DNA of 64,000 bases from Pseudomonadota bacterium (GCA_040387495.1 JAZKDQ010000009.1:1-64000), one strand, 5' to 3'. Positions 44,375-55,773 are shown, counted from the stretch's first letter. Translations and numbers: made by a program. Notes: generated by a model not told the origin, from the letters alone.

Positions 44375-44971
44375 TTTTTTTTTGAGTTCATGTATGATTA
44401 CTATTTTCCCCTGATCCGCAGATAAGCTATTTTTAACTGCGAAATCAAAATCCCAATGAAGTCTGGCTTCCTCAATTTCTTTTTCATAGCTAACTCCCTT
44501 CAAGAAAATACCTTTTGTTTCACGTGAAACATTCCATTGAATTTGAAGCAGAGTGTTGAGTTGGGAAAAAGCTCTGGAGGTCATTTGAGAATATTTATCA
44601 GAAAGAAGATATATATCAACAGGTAGGATACGGCAATTTAGATTCAAAAGAACTTTGCAGTTCTTTAAGAATGCCACCTTGTTCATATCTTGCTCAACAA
44701 GATCAACTGGGAACCCCGCTATAGAGAGCAAAATTCCGGGCAAGCCTGCGCCAGATCCGACGTCTAAAATTGTTTGCTCTCTCTTTAAATGTGGGATCAA
44801 CTGCCAACAATCAATAAGATGGCGCATTTCAAACATTTCAGGACGCAATGTTTCTTTCTGAACAAGATTAAGCGACTTGCTCCACTTCACAAGGAGCGAG
44901 TAATACAACTCAATTTTTTCAAGAGCTTCAGGAGAAGTTTCTTGAAACATATTTACAAAGGTCTTAAACAT
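44363..44971 (-). CDS. rsmG: 16S rRNA m7G527 methyltransferase
   Basis: NLV, RHLID, DVGSGAGLPG, SRAF, LKG; upstream of parA. Confidence 0.93.
   Translation of the reverse strand: MFKTFVNMFQETSPEALEKIELYYSLLVKWSKSLNLVQKETLRPEMFEMRHLIDCWQLIPHLKREQTILDVGSGAGLPGILLSIAGFPVDLVEQDMNKVAFLKNCKVLLNLNCRILPVDIYLLSDKYSQMTSRAFSQLNTLLQIQWNVSRETKGIFLKGVSYEKEIEEARLHWDFDFAVKNSLSADQGKIVIIHELKKKCFT
44516..44531. promoter_or_regulatory. parS site inside the rsmG coding sequence
   Basis: Perfect TGTTTCACGTGAAACA, read as VSRET. Confidence 0.9.
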
Positions 44972-45011
44972 GATACACTTAACCTAGAGGCATGATTGAC
45001 TTTAAACACTG

Positions 45012-46577
45012 ATGATTCCCTTCTCCCCACTTTTGCTCTCAAACGCTTTTATTGAAGGCGTGGCATCTATTTCGACGCTAGTTCTTCAGGAAGACAAAGA
45101 AGTTGCAGACGCAATTCAAAAAATTCTTTTCAGCACTTTTGATTCCTTTTTTTTAACCAGAAATGAAAAGATGCATTTTTCAAATTTTGAGAAAAGCCTC
45201 TTTGTAGATTGTTATAATGAAAAAAAATTGGTGCTACGCGAGCTTTTAAATCGTGCAGATACTGGTTCAGTTGACTATAAACGCTTCTCTTTTATAATTC
45301 AACTTCTTTGGGATTATATGAATCCACAATTAAATCCATTTTTTCATGAAGATGGAACTCTCGAAAAAGGTCTATCTGCTCTTTTGTTAACAACAGGAGT
45401 TTCCACATTAGCACCGCAGCATGAAACATGGGGATATGCTGTAGGAGAAAATCTCGCAGCAACTGAAGGGTACGTGGTATTCGAAAACGAAATAATGCAA
45501 CTACTATATTATCCCGGGACACATCAGAGCACAAAAGAAAAACCGGTCTTTATAATTCCACCTTGGATAAATAAGTACTACATTTTTGATTTGAGCGAGC
45601 ATAATTCTTACATCAAATGGCTGACTGATAAAAATATAACGGTATATTGTATTTCTTGGGTTAATCCAGACACCACTTTCTCAGGGCAAAGTTTAGCTAC
45701 TTACATCACAAAGGGGATTCACAAGGCTGTTGAAAAAGCATGTATGCATTCCAAAACAGAGCAGATCAATATGGTTGGATTCTGTGTTGGTGGTGTCGCT
45801 TTGCATGTGTACGCGGGCTGGGTAGCCAATCAAAACATTAATTCGATTGCAAGTCTTACATTTCTTTCTACACCCTTTGATTTTGAAAAACTTGATAATC
45901 TCCGTCTTTTTATGAGCGAGGATCAATTCACACATATTGAGAACATTGTTACTGAAGAAGGTGTATTTAAAGGTGAGCGTATGATGCAAAGCTTTTCACT
46001 TTTGCGCACGAATGATTTAATCATACAGGTGATCATTGATCAAATTTACCTCAGAAAAAAACAAAGGCCTCTTGATTTTCTGTTTTGGAATGCCGATGTA
46101 ATGCATCTGCCAGGTAAAATGCATCTTGATTTTCTTCGTGATGTTTTTCTTAAAAATCCATTTTTAAAAAAGCCCAGGATAATATCTGGTCTACCTGTAA
46201 ATTTCGAAGAAATCGCTTATCCAGTGTATGTTCTTGGGACAAAAAAGGATCACATCGTCCCATGGGAATCATGCTTTAGTGCCTTTAAAATCTATAAGGA
46301 TGTTACTTTTTGTTTGGGCGGCGCAGGCCACGTTGCAGGAATAATAAACCCTCCACAGCAAAAGAAGTACGGCTACCATACGAACCAAAAAAAATATAAA
46401 TCTTCTCTTGATTGGTTTGGGCAATCAACTTCTCATATTGGATCTTGGTGGACACATTGGCATCAATGGGTGAAACCTCACCTTGGCAAAACACGTCAAT
46501 CACCCCAAATGGACCAAAATAACATCCTTGAAAGGGCCCCCGGGCGATATGCATTACAAAAAGCTCCAATTGTCTAA
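45012..46577 (+). CDS. phaC: Class I polyhydroxyalkanoate synthase
   Basis: PPWINKYYIFDL, SWVNP, GFCVGG catalytic box, DHIVPW, GHVAG, GSWW, APGRY. Confidence 0.9.
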   Translation: MIPFSPLLLSNAFIEGVASISTLVLQEDKEVADAIQKILFSTFDSFFLTRNEKMHFSNFEKSLFVDCYNEKKLVLRELLNRADTGSVDYKRFSFIIQLLWDYMNPQLNPFFHEDGTLEKGLSALLLTTGVSTLAPQHETWGYAVGENLAATEGYVVFENEIMQLLYYPGTHQSTKEKPVFIIPPWINKYYIFDLSEHNSYIKWLTDKNITVYCISWVNPDTTFSGQSLATYITKGIHKAVEKACMHSKTEQINMVGFCVGGVALHVYAGWVANQNINSIASLTFLSTPFDFEKLDNLRLFMSEDQFTHIENIVTEEGVFKGERMMQSFSLLRTNDLIIQVIIDQIYLRKKQRPLDFLFWNADVMHLPGKMHLDFLRDVFLKNPFLKKPRIISGLPVNFEEIAYPVYVLGTKKDHIVPWESCFSAFKIYKDVTFCLGGAGHVAGIINPPQQKKYGYHTNQKKYKSSLDWFGQSTSHIGSWWTHWHQWVKPHLGKTRQSPQMDQNNILERAPGRYALQKAPIV

Positions 46578-46726
46578 ATTTTGCTAATTTTGAATTATTA
46601 TCAAGCGAATTTTTGACCACTTTGCAACAGGCTAAAACTCAGAATATAAAGTATTGTTGTTTTTTATTAGAAACGCTCTTATTTTTATTGGGAAAATTAA
46701 AGGCATTATGATACTCTTAATATGTT

Positions 46727-48073
46727 ATGCATGATTCAATCGGTCTTACTCAAATTGCCATCGTTGTCGCCGCCGCACTCGCGGGAGGGCTTGCATTAGC
46801 ACGTATAAAGCAACCGCCTATCCTTGGTTACATATTAACGGGTGTCCTTCTGGGACCGTCTGCTTTCGAGCTTATTTCCAATCGTGGTTCCGTGGAAATT
46901 TTAGCCGAGCTTGGCGTATTACTTTTGCTGTTTGTTGTTGGTATGGAGCTAAATCTAAGGTCCTTTAAAAAGGTCTGGAAAACGGCTACTTTTTGCACAC
47001 TCGCACAAATTATTATAAGCAGCTTAATCGCGGTCCTTCTTTCACTTTATTATGGCTGGACACCTGCCCTTTCAATGCTTATCGGCTTTATCGCAACGCT
47101 ATCATCAACCGCTGTTGTTGTAAAAATGATGGAGAGCATGGGCGAGATGAAAACGGATATTGGGCAACTAATTATCGGTATACTTATCGCGCAGGATCTT
47201 GCTATTGCCCCCATGATTCTCATTATTCGAAATTTCAATCATTCATGGTTTAGCATTGATATTTTTGTTAAACTTCTTGTTTCTATTGGCCTAATTATTG
47301 GCATTATCACGTATCTTAGCCGTCGCCAGCGTGTACGTATCCCGCTTGCAAAGATTGTAGCTGGTGAGAAAGAATTGACAGCGCTCGCAAGCCTAGCCTT
47401 TTGCTTTATTGCTGCTGCAATTGCTGGACAAACAGGTTTATCAGCACCATACGGAGCTTTTCTAGCAGGACTTATACTTGGAAACACACATGAACGCCTT
47501 CTGCTGATTGAAACGACAAAACCAATACAAAGCATCCTTATTATGTTCTTTTTCTTATCGATTGGCTTACTGCTCGATATAAAATTTATGTGGACACACA
47601 TCAACATCGTTCTTGGCCTTTTGCTGATTGTAACTGTTGGAAAAACGCTTTTGAACGTTATTATTCTGCATTGCTTAAAATTACCATGGTCACAAGCATT
47701 TATGGTCAGCGCACTTATCGCTCAGCTTGGCGAGTTTGCTTTCTTGCTTTCGACTGTTGCATACGAAGCAAATGTTATTAATAGCTTCGGAGAGAACCTT
47801 ATTATCAGTCTTACTGTTCTTTCTTTGGCTATAAGTCCACTCTGGCTTCTTTTTGCACGTTATTTAAAAAGAGTCGCAGATACTACTAACACACTAAGCA
47901 TCCGACTTTATTTCAAGAGTTTCCTTTCTAGGAAACGAACTTCACAAAAAAGCACAGAAAATACATTAAACGAAACTTCACAGCAACCTTTTGGGAATGA
48001 GCTTTTCTTAACGCTAAAACAGCATAAAAAGGGAATTGTTACTCAGAGTCAATTGGATGAAGATAAAGCCTAG
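46727..48073 (+). CDS. CPA2 cation:proton antiporter
   Basis: PPILGYILTG, AELGV, SSTAVV, QDL, GAFLAG, QLGEFAF; no obvious KTN domain. Confidence 0.88.
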   Translation: MHDSIGLTQIAIVVAAALAGGLALARIKQPPILGYILTGVLLGPSAFELISNRGSVEILAELGVLLLLFVVGMELNLRSFKKVWKTATFCTLAQIIISSLIAVLLSLYYGWTPALSMLIGFIATLSSTAVVVKMMESMGEMKTDIGQLIIGILIAQDLAIAPMILIIRNFNHSWFSIDIFVKLLVSIGLIIGIITYLSRRQRVRIPLAKIVAGEKELTALASLAFCFIAAAIAGQTGLSAPYGAFLAGLILGNTHERLLLIETTKPIQSILIMFFFLSIGLLLDIKFMWTHINIVLGLLLIVTVGKTLLNVIILHCLKLPWSQAFMVSALIAQLGEFAFLLSTVAYEANVINSFGENLIISLTVLSLAISPLWLLFARYLKRVADTTNTLSIRLYFKSFLSRKRTSQKSTENTLNETSQQPFGNELFLTLKQHKKGIVTQSQLDEDKA

Positions 48074-48671
48074 TCTTTTTTACGAAGAGCAACACCAAGG
48101 GATTATTGCAGGGCTTGATGAGGCGGGCTGCGGTCCTTGGGCTGGTGCGCTTGTTGCAGCAGCTGTGATTTTACCGTCCACTTTGCCATCATATATGTGC
48201 GAGATCAATGATTCCAAAAAGTTAAGCAGAGCCAAACGAGAATCACTTTATGATCGAATCGTAACCGACAGATCCCTCATTTGGAGTACTGGAATTGTTG
48301 CTGTAGCCGAGCTTGATATACTTTTATTACGTAAGGCGCTACCCCTTGCATTTGAACGGGCAGTAGAAGGATTAACCATAATTCCAACCCACCTTCTCAT
48401 CGATGGAATACGCGACCCAAAATTATCATTTCCAACAACACTCATTAAACAAGGTGACCAGCTATCACTTTCGATTGCCGCAGCATCAATTATTGCAAAA
48501 GTTACCCGTGATCGTTTGATGGATCACTTGCATGATGAATTTCCTGCTTATGGGTGGAATAAGAATGCTGGATACGGCACAAAACAGCACCAGGATGCAT
48601 TATTAGTACATGGCGTTACGTGTCATCACCGTCGCAGCTATGCACCGATAAAGGCCTATTTAGGTGTATAG
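48057..48671 (+). CDS. rnhB: Ribonuclease HII
   Basis: GLDEAGCGPWAG, DSKKL, IAAASIIAKVTRD, GYGT, HRRSY. Confidence 0.95.
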   Translation: MKIKPSLFYEEQHQGIIAGLDEAGCGPWAGALVAAAVILPSTLPSYMCEINDSKKLSRAKRESLYDRIVTDRSLIWSTGIVAVAELDILLLRKALPLAFERAVEGLTIIPTHLLIDGIRDPKLSFPTTLIKQGDQLSLSIAAASIIAKVTRDRLMDHLHDEFPAYGWNKNAGYGTKQHQDALLVHGVTCHHRRSYAPIKAYLGV

Positions 48672-48874
48672 ATTCCGTTGCAACTATGAAAGATAAACAA
48701 ACACCTTCAAAAAAGAATACTCTTTTCAACACATTATATCATTGAAGTGAAAAAACTATGAAGGATAGAACCTCTTTGAATAATCTTAGTGATAGAGATT
48801 TGTTCTATTTTTCAACTTGCCTCTACGTGTCAGTCTGTTGCATACATTTAATTAGAAAGTCACTCAAAATAAAA

Positions 48875-49684
48875 ATGACTTTATTTAATCAAAAAAAAAC
48901 TAAATTTTTAATAATACCTTTGTTGACATCAACTAACGCCTTTTGCATCGACATGATGGATCAACCGTATAGCAGATTTAGCACTAAATACACTATCCCA
49001 CATAACATTGAAGCTAATGCCCGCATGCTGCTGAGTATCAAAAATGAAGCGATGAAGGCTTTTGAACCAACAAAGACGTTTATAAAGAAAAGCATCATCT
49101 CTGGTGCACGCTATAGCAAACAAGTTAATGAAACGATGAAGGCTTTTGAACCAACAAAAACGTTCATACAGAAAAGCATCAGCTCTGGCAGACGCTATAG
49201 TATACAAGCTATGGGGTATGGCCTATATTCTGCCGCCTCCTTTTTAAAAGGATCGTCTTATTTGGCCCACATGGGTTCCGTTACATCATTATATGTGGGT
49301 GGATTTCTAAATACAGTTGGTGCAATCGATGATCTAGGTAAAATAGCTTACTCAAAAGGGTACGATTGTGCATCTTTTGGTGTCTCTCTTTTAAATAAGA
49401 ATCATCCTGAGGAGAAAAGTACGTCCTCTTCATACTTAGACAACATTCTTTATGCGCCACGAGAAACGCTAGCTGTCAGTCTGGTTCTGGGTAGGGGAAT
49501 TACTCATGGAGCTGGTATTTGCGCGCGGATCCTTGGGTTAATGACTAAGTACACAGGTAATATGTCTAATCATTATGTTTCACCTTCATTGGCTTATCTT
49601 GGGACAAACCTTACGATTGCAGGAAATAGTTGTGACGATCTGAGTCAGTCAATTTTTAACTCTTTAGATTACATGAAAGCCTAA
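48875..49684 (+). CDS. Hypothetical protein with 28-aa tandem duplication
   Basis: Signal-like N-terminus from ATG 48875; Gly/Ser-rich C-half. Confidence 0.6.
   Translation: MTLFNQKKTKFLIIPLLTSTNAFCIDMMDQPYSRFSTKYTIPHNIEANARMLLSIKNEAMKAFEPTKTFIKKSIISGARYSKQVNETMKAFEPTKTFIQKSISSGRRYSIQAMGYGLYSAASFLKGSSYLAHMGSVTSLYVGGFLNTVGAIDDLGKIAYSKGYDCASFGVSLLNKNHPEEKSTSSSYLDNILYAPRETLAVSLVLGRGITHGAGICARILGLMTKYTGNMSNHYVSPSLAYLGTNLTIAGNSCDDLSQSIFNSLDYMKA
49043..49210 (+). repeat. 84-bp tandem repeat, two copies
   Basis: NEAMKAFEPTKTFIKKSIISGARYSKQV / NETMKAFEPTKTFIQKSISSGRRYSIQA. Confidence 0.9.
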
Positions 49685-49723
49685 TAGTACATAAAGTTTT
49701 GAATTTTAAGGCAGGAGACTAAC

Positions 49724-50188
49724 ATGAGAAGTTCACACTATAAGATAATGGCAATCATATCCAGTTTTGCTATTCCATGTTTTGCGAGCAGTGAATGCGA
49801 AGAAGAACAATCACCCTCATTTAGCAGAAGTTCTTCTCGCGTATCTCTTCTGGAAACGGAAGCTGAAACACCACAAAGCGATTCTTCTCCACAAAGTGAT
49901 GCTTTTTATGAGAACGGTGATTCTCAAGAAATATTAGTAATAACCCAAAGCACAAGGCAAGAAGCATATAATGATCAGGTGCCTCCTTTTGCTCAGAAGA
50001 CACGTGCATCTACCACTACTGTCACCCTAGAAAGAATGAAACTTAAATGGTACGTTAGTATAGGTTATTCGGGGTTCTCCTGGTATTTTGAAATAGATAC
50101 AAATAAAGCAGAACAAAAGAATTTACGTACTGAACCATTTTTTGACTACTCGTCTTTTTCAGAGGAGGTAGAATGGGTTCTTGTGTAA
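49724..50188 (+). CDS. Secreted acidic hypothetical protein
   Basis: AGGAG RBS, signal peptide, Ser/Glu-rich. Confidence 0.65.
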   Translation: MRSSHYKIMAIISSFAIPCFASSECEEEQSPSFSRSSSRVSLLETEAETPQSDSSPQSDAFYENGDSQEILVITQSTRQEAYNDQVPPFAQKTRASTTTVTLERMKLKWYVSIGYSGFSWYFEIDTNKAEQKNLRTEPFFDYSSFSEEVEWVLV

Positions 50189-50217
50189 AAACAGGGTTCC
50201 TTCGCATCTACGATAAA

Positions 50218-50238
50218 CCCTCGGAGCACGTCCGAGGG
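50218..50238. terminator. Hairpin (REP-like) between convergent genes
   Basis: CCCTCGGA-GCACG-TCCGAGGG, perfect 8-bp stem. Confidence 0.5.
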
Positions 50239-50258
50239 ATACTAAGACAAGATTTAAT

Positions 50259-50672
50259 TTACATCCGCTTTGCAAACATCCATTCATAGCCATCAGGGTC
50301 TTTTAGGCAGCACACACGACCGCCCCAATGGGCATCATTTGGCTCCATCAGTGATTGCATGCCAGCCTTAACAGCTGTTGCGTATATTTAATCAACATCA
50401 TCGCAATGCAGATACAATGTCATGGGTGTTTCTGCGCCAAGCTTTGTAAAGATCTTTTTGGTTGAACCAAAGCACGCTTCACGTGCAAACATGATGAGGA
50501 CATCTTTATATTGCATTTCGACGTGATCAAGGGTGCCATCGGCGGTGACTTCAGCTTCGTTAAGCCATGTAAAGCCAAAAGCCTTTTGGTACAAATCAAC
50601 TGATGCCTTTGTATCTGATACAGTGAGGTATGGAATGAGGGTAGGGGAGGCGGTGCAGTGTTGAGTTCCCAT
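50259..50672 (-). pseudogene. VOC/PhnB-like glyoxalase-family gene with in-frame TAA (50388-50390)
   Basis: LIPYLTV..YQKAFG...DDVD*IYATAVKAG...WGGRVCCLKDPDGYEW. Confidence 0.85.
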
Positions 50673-50803
50673 GGGTTTTTTTCCTATTTATTAAGATAAT
50701 GCAAATTTTAGCTGAAAATGACGTTTCAGAAAAGTTCAGAAGAAATCACGTTTTGCTTACAAACGAATGGGGTTCATTCTTCTTATTCTGATTAGTTTCC
50801 ATC

Positions 50804-51556
50804 TTATTTTCGGGGGCTATATATTATGTCTAAAGGCTTTCGATCTAAGGAATTGCCTGATGCGGTGGCATCCATTTGGGTTACTTGTTGAGTATTTTTC
50901 ATCCTGCTTCTATAAAATGAGTTGTTTTCACATAAGAGAGGATCTATTGAATTTAATAATTTCTGGTGAATTTCTTGTGCTTTCCCGTGACCATATACTT
51001 TGTTATACCTCGTTATATCAAGCGAATCTTGTACACATCCTGGCGTGAAAGACCTTCCTTTTCTACGTGTGAAGCATAGTCCTAGCTGATAACTCTCGAC
51101 ACGTTCCAACTTAATGTGTTGTTCGTTCCTTAAACTCATTTGTTTTTCAGTCATATCCATATCCGTGTATTGTTCTATAGGATAAAAAGTTCCTTCATCA
51201 TTGTTTTTTTCAAGTTTTCCAAGAGCATCATCAAAAGAAATCCCAAAAACATCAGTTACGGAGTGGTGTGATAATAATGGATTTGGGTGCATTATGACAG
51301 AATTGTTTGGTTCAATTGTGGGCGCTTCCAATGTATGGCCTAATTCAATAGATTGTCGTTTCTGATAGGTGCTGTGCATTTTTGCATGTTCATAAAGTGC
51401 TTTAAACAATTCGGTTCTTTGGACGCCATTAATAGAGATACAATCTAATGGCAGATCAATATTATGAAAATTCATTGCGTGTGCGGCGAGTGTAAACAGG
51501 ACATAAATAAAAGAATAACAAGCAATGTGTGCAAAAAAATATTTGGTGATTTTCAT
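50804..51556 (-). CDS. Secreted hypothetical protein
   Basis: 250 aa, signal peptide ending AHAM. Confidence 0.65.
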   Translation of the reverse strand: MKITKYFFAHIACYSFIYVLFTLAAHAMNFHNIDLPLDCISINGVQRTELFKALYEHAKMHSTYQKRQSIELGHTLEAPTIEPNNSVIMHPNPLLSHHSVTDVFGISFDDALGKLEKNNDEGTFYPIEQYTDMDMTEKQMSLRNEQHIKLERVESYQLGLCFTRRKGRSFTPGCVQDSLDITRYNKVYGHGKAQEIHQKLLNSIDPLLCENNSFYRSRMKNTQQVTQMDATASGNSLDRKPLDIIYSPRK

Positions 51557-51938
51557 TAAGGCAATTCCGTCATATAATTATTTAGCAATAATCATACTAT
51601 AATTTATTAGATAGAATTTATAAAATACAAAAGACTACCAGATTTAGTGATCAAATTACCGTTGCAATATATTTAGCATGCGCCTTGATCATACAGTCAT
51701 TCAATTATAAAATGATTTTTAAGTTGATATTTTGCTCATTAAGCAAAACCGGCAATGGCAAACCTAATTGAGTTTATAATCGTAGATAATAATTCAGGGA
51801 TGAAAAAAGTGTGCACACTATATTCAAAAAAATAATTATTTAAACAGAATAATTAATTGTTAACTATTATACGTCATACTATAAATGGATATAAAATTCA
51901 ACAATTACTCTAATTTTATATTTTTAAAGGAGATATTT

Positions 51939-52103
51939 ATGAAGAAAATTATATTAGCAACGTTTGCCTTTTCGGCGTTAATGACAGCAGATGTATTTGC
52001 AAAAACATGCCCAGCTAATAGACCCAGTTGTAGCCCGGAACAAGTGTCGGAGTGCAATACCACGACTGGTACATGGTTTTGCGTCACCAAAGGGGATAAA
52101 TAA
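51939..52103 (+). CDS. Small secreted Cys-rich peptide (4 Cys)
   Basis: AAGGAG RBS; MKKIILATFAFSALMTADVFA-KTCPANRPSCSPEQVSECNTTTGTWFCVTKGDK. Confidence 0.75.
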   Translation: MKKIILATFAFSALMTADVFAKTCPANRPSCSPEQVSECNTTTGTWFCVTKGDK

Positions 52104-52271
52104 CAACGTTCAAACACTAGGTGGCTTTGTTGATTATACTAACTTCACATACAACGTCATTACCTGCAGTTTTATCACAAGAGTTGTGGGTAGTTAGTAA
52201 CTTATTTGTGTCATTATGTTATTAGTAGATTTTGTTGATTCATCACAGGATCTACTACTATGCTTTCTCAA

Positions 52272-53174
52272 CTAAACCGCATTCGAACCTGAAATAATTT
52301 CATTCAGTTCATTCGTAATCTGTGCTTGCCGCCCTTGGTTATAGCGCAACTGTAGATCACCTATCATATCCCGGGCATTGCGGGTGGCGTTATCCATTGC
52401 TGTCATGCGCGCTGCATGTTCACACGTTACATTTTCTATGAAAAGCGTATCTAACTGCACAATAAAGTTATGCATCAACATCAGCTTCAGCAGAATTTCT
52501 GGCTTGGGTTCAAGAATTGTAAAAGGGGAATCCACATCATCCGTTGTCGCTAATGCATCAACAAATGGTACCAATTGACGCACCTCGATCGGTTGGCTGA
52601 TAATGCTTTTTAAGTGACCTGTAACAACATGCACGCTACTCACGCGCTCTACTTGCAATAAACCTACGATTTCTTCAGCGATGCTGCCTATTTGGTTAAA
52701 ATCTGGCGTTGCTTGCGCAAGGGTCATTGATGTTTTAAAGTCAAAAAACGTTGCATTAATCCTGCGTGCTTCGCATTCACGTTGGAGTGTGGTTCTAATT
52801 TTACGTCCAATAGCCGCTATCAAAATGGGATTGCCATTCATGCTTTGTGCCATGCGATTCGCCAACGCTTTTACTTCACGTATGATTGATCCGTTATATC
52901 CACCGCAAAGGCCTCGATCGGCTGCAATGGCAAGGATAAATGGCACACCTTGATTGCTACCCGTGAGCAAAACGGGAAGGGTGTCTAAATCCTGGAAATT
53001 TTGTAATGCATGATGTAACGTGCGCTTGAATCTATAGGCATATGCACGGCTATTTTCAAGGCGATCTTGTGCCTTGCGCAGCTTTACCGTGGCTACCATC
53101 TTCATAGCAGATGTGATCTTTTGCGTCGATTTTACCGATTTAATTCGAACACGAAGATCTTTTAGTGTGGTCAT
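52272..53174 (-). CDS. atpG: ATP synthase F1 gamma
   Basis: [38 protein letters not shown]. Confidence 0.96.
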   Translation of the reverse strand: MTTLKDLRVRIKSVKSTQKITSAMKMVATVKLRKAQDRLENSRAYAYRFKRTLHHALQNFQDLDTLPVLLTGSNQGVPFILAIAADRGLCGGYNGSIIREVKALANRMAQSMNGNPILIAAIGRKIRTTLQRECEARRINATFFDFKTSMTLAQATPDFNQIGSIAEEIVGLLQVERVSSVHVVTGHLKSIISQPIEVRQLVPFVDALATTDDVDSPFTILEPKPEILLKLMLMHNFIVQLDTLFIENVTCEHAARMTAMDNATRNARDMIGDLQLRYNQGRQAQITNELNEIISGSNAV

Positions 53175-54751
53175 GCGCTGACGCCTTGTTCAGTAGTGCC
53201 ATGTTCATGCAAAAAGCGTACGCAAAATTCCGTTAAATAGATGGATAGTTTTTCTTCTGTTTCCACCGAAACTTTAACGGTGGTTTCGATAGCGGCTACG
53301 ACGTCGGGTAAGAAAACGTGGATTGATTTCAGCAGTTCCGTTTCGAATTTCGAAATAAGATTCACTGGGATTGTGTCTAAATAACCGCGTACACCCGCAA
53401 AGAGTGAGATAACTTCGTCGGTGCTTGATAACGGAGACTGGTTAGGTTGCTTGAGCAATTCGGTGAGTCGTTGACCGCGTTCTAACAATTGACGTGTGGA
53501 GCCATCAAGATCGCTTGCAAATTGCGAGAATGACGCCATTTCACGGTACTGAGCAAGTTCAAGTTTAATCGAGCCCGCGACTTGTTTCATGGCTTTTGTT
53601 TGCGCGGCAGATCCTACTCGGCTTACAGAAAGACCCACGTTAATAGCTGGACGAATACCTTTGTAAAACAGCTCGGCTTCAAGGAAAATCTGGCCGTCGG
53701 TGATCGAAATCACATTCGTTGGAATGTATGCTGATACGTCGCCTGCTTGTGTTTCAATAATGGGCAGCGCCGTGAGCGAGCCGCCGCCACACGCATCACT
53801 TAATTTTGCTGCACGTTCAAGCAAACGGGAGTGTAGGTAAAACACATCACCTGGGTAGGCTTCACGTCCTGGTGGGCGACGAAGCAGAAGTGACATTTGA
53901 CGATACGCAACCGCATGTTTCGACAAATCATCATAAATGATTAACGCATGCATGCCATTGTCACGGAAATATTCACCCATGGCGCACGCGGTGTAGGGCG
54001 CTAAATATTGAAGGGGGGCAGGGTCAGAGGCTGTTGCTGCCACAACGATGGTATATTCCATGGCGCCTTCGTCTTGCAGCATTTTAACAAGACGCGCAAC
54101 GGATGAACGCTTTTGCCCGATCGCCACGTAAATGCAGTACAGCATCTTAGATGGATCACCGGATTGATTGATTTTCTTTTGATTGAGAATAGTATCAATG
54201 GCGATGGTTGTTTTACCCGTTTGGCGGTCACCAATGATAAGTTCGCGCTGACCGCGCCCAATGGGCACAAGAGCATCAACGGCTTTAATACCGGTAAGCA
54301 TCGGTTCGTTCACAGATTTACGTTGAATAATGCCAGGGGCATCGCGTTCAACTTCGGCAAATGTGACATCCTTAAGCGCGCCTCGGTCATCGATTGGATT
54401 ACCCAAACCGTCAACAACGCGACCTAAAAGACCCATGCCTACATTCACGTCAACCACTTTATTGGTCCGTTTGACAAGATCACCTTCTTGAATATCACGG
54501 TCATTACCAGCAATCACAACGCCGACATTATCTGTTTCAAGATTGGATGCAATACCGCGCACCACAACACCTGTGCGGCTGGATACGATGTCGACCCATT
54601 CACCTGATTTTACATGATCAAGGCCATAGACACGCGCAATACCGTCGCCGACGGAAAGAACGCGACCTGTTTCGGAAACTTCAGCATGTGCTTGAAAATC
54701 AATAATTTTTTCTTTAATGAGTGCAGAAATTTCTGAGGCACGTGCTTGCAT
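53171..54751 (-). CDS. atpA: ATP synthase F1 alpha
   Basis: [30 protein letters not shown]. Confidence 0.98.
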   Translation of the reverse strand: MQARASEISALIKEKIIDFQAHAEVSETGRVLSVGDGIARVYGLDHVKSGEWVDIVSSRTGVVVRGIASNLETDNVGVVIAGNDRDIQEGDLVKRTNKVVDVNVGMGLLGRVVDGLGNPIDDRGALKDVTFAEVERDAPGIIQRKSVNEPMLTGIKAVDALVPIGRGQRELIIGDRQTGKTTIAIDTILNQKKINQSGDPSKMLYCIYVAIGQKRSSVARLVKMLQDEGAMEYTIVVAATASDPAPLQYLAPYTACAMGEYFRDNGMHALIIYDDLSKHAVAYRQMSLLLRRPPGREAYPGDVFYLHSRLLERAAKLSDACGGGSLTALPIIETQAGDVSAYIPTNVISITDGQIFLEAELFYKGIRPAINVGLSVSRVGSAAQTKAMKQVAGSIKLELAQYREMASFSQFASDLDGSTRQLLERGQRLTELLKQPNQSPLSSTDEVISLFAGVRGYLDTIPVNLISKFETELLKSIHVFLPDVVAAIETTVKVSVETEEKLSIYLTEFCVRFLHEHGTTEQGVSA

Positions 54752-54885
54752 TAAGCGGATCCTTTAGTTTTTTGTTTTTATGACAAGATATACACATCCA
54801 TTAGTAGCATATTAGAAACCGCCTTGCAAATCCGTCTTCTTCTTGTGACAATATATAATGTTTTAATAAGATTGAATGTTTTTAT

Positions 54886-55773
54886 ATGGATAAAATGAAA
54901 TTGAAAAGAGCTTTTTTAATTGCAATAACAACATGCACTATTAGTGCCCCAATTTTTACTATGACAGATACGGCAGTAAATGAAACAAACTCATTAGGAC
55001 TACAAGCAGCACTAGTGGCTCATGAACACTCCTATATAGAATTACTTGATACTCTTGCGCTATCTAAGGAAGCCGTTATACCTAAACACATCATTGCAAC
55101 CGAAGCTGAGCTTAGATGCAGAGCATACATTAACGCGATGCATGCTTTATTTACAACTTATCCAGATCACGAGTTAGTTGTGGATTTCGAGGCGGCTAAG
55201 AGGGTGAATGATTATTTTGGGTATTTGCCTAATGGGTATTTTCCTGATCATTACCCCATACTTCCTTCTTCCCTTCGTAACATCTCAATTGTGGGTGAAA
55301 ACCTCACAATCGTCGGAGATGAGTTTCTTACGCGCACATGCCTGAGATCCGTCACGATATCAAACGGCGTCACAACTATTAGAAATAATTTTCTCATGTA
55401 TGGCAGCCTGAGATCCATCGCAATCCCAAACAGCGTCACAACGATTGGAGATCGTTTTCTCTGGAATTGTCCATTTGTGACCTCTGTCACGATACCAAAC
55501 GGCGTCACAACCATTGGGACGTATTTCCTCCACAATTGCTCAGGCCTGACATCAGTCACGATCCCAGACAGCGTTACAACCATTGGGGATTTTTTCCTCA
55601 CCTATTGCCTAAGTCTGACATCAGTCACGATCCCAAGAAGATTCCAGGACTCTGTCCGTCATCTTCCAAGTACGGTTCAGATTATTTTTAATAACGACAT
55701 GGGAACGTTAGAAAATAATGACATAGGAACGTTAGAAATTGACAAAAACCTTGGCAGGAATGACGCTATCTAA
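54886..55773 (+). CDS. Secreted BspA-type (LRR_5) protein
   Basis: Signal peptide; 23-aa repeats LTSVTIPxxVTTIGxxFLxxC. Confidence 0.85.
   Translation: MDKMKLKRAFLIAITTCTISAPIFTMTDTAVNETNSLGLQAALVAHEHSYIELLDTLALSKEAVIPKHIIATEAELRCRAYINAMHALFTTYPDHELVVDFEAAKRVNDYFGYLPNGYFPDHYPILPSSLRNISIVGENLTIVGDEFLTRTCLRSVTISNGVTTIRNNFLMYGSLRSIAIPNSVTTIGDRFLWNCPFVTSVTIPNGVTTIGTYFLHNCSGLTSVTIPDSVTTIGDFFLTYCLSLTSVTIPRRFQDSVRHLPSTVQIIFNNDMGTLENNDIGTLEIDKNLGRNDAI

Noticed and set aside
43915..44531. CRISPR array
   Set aside because: The 16-bp palindromes have long irregular spacing and match parS; no cas genes
11502..50390. Stop-codon reassignment as the cause of in-frame stops
   Set aside because: All three stop types occur as interruptions, and all three end core genes (ddl TAA, ruvB TAG, atpA TGA)
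51862..51881. Possible lux box before the Cys-rich peptide gene
   Set aside because: Only about 13/20 match in very AT-rich DNA and the right half-site is lost
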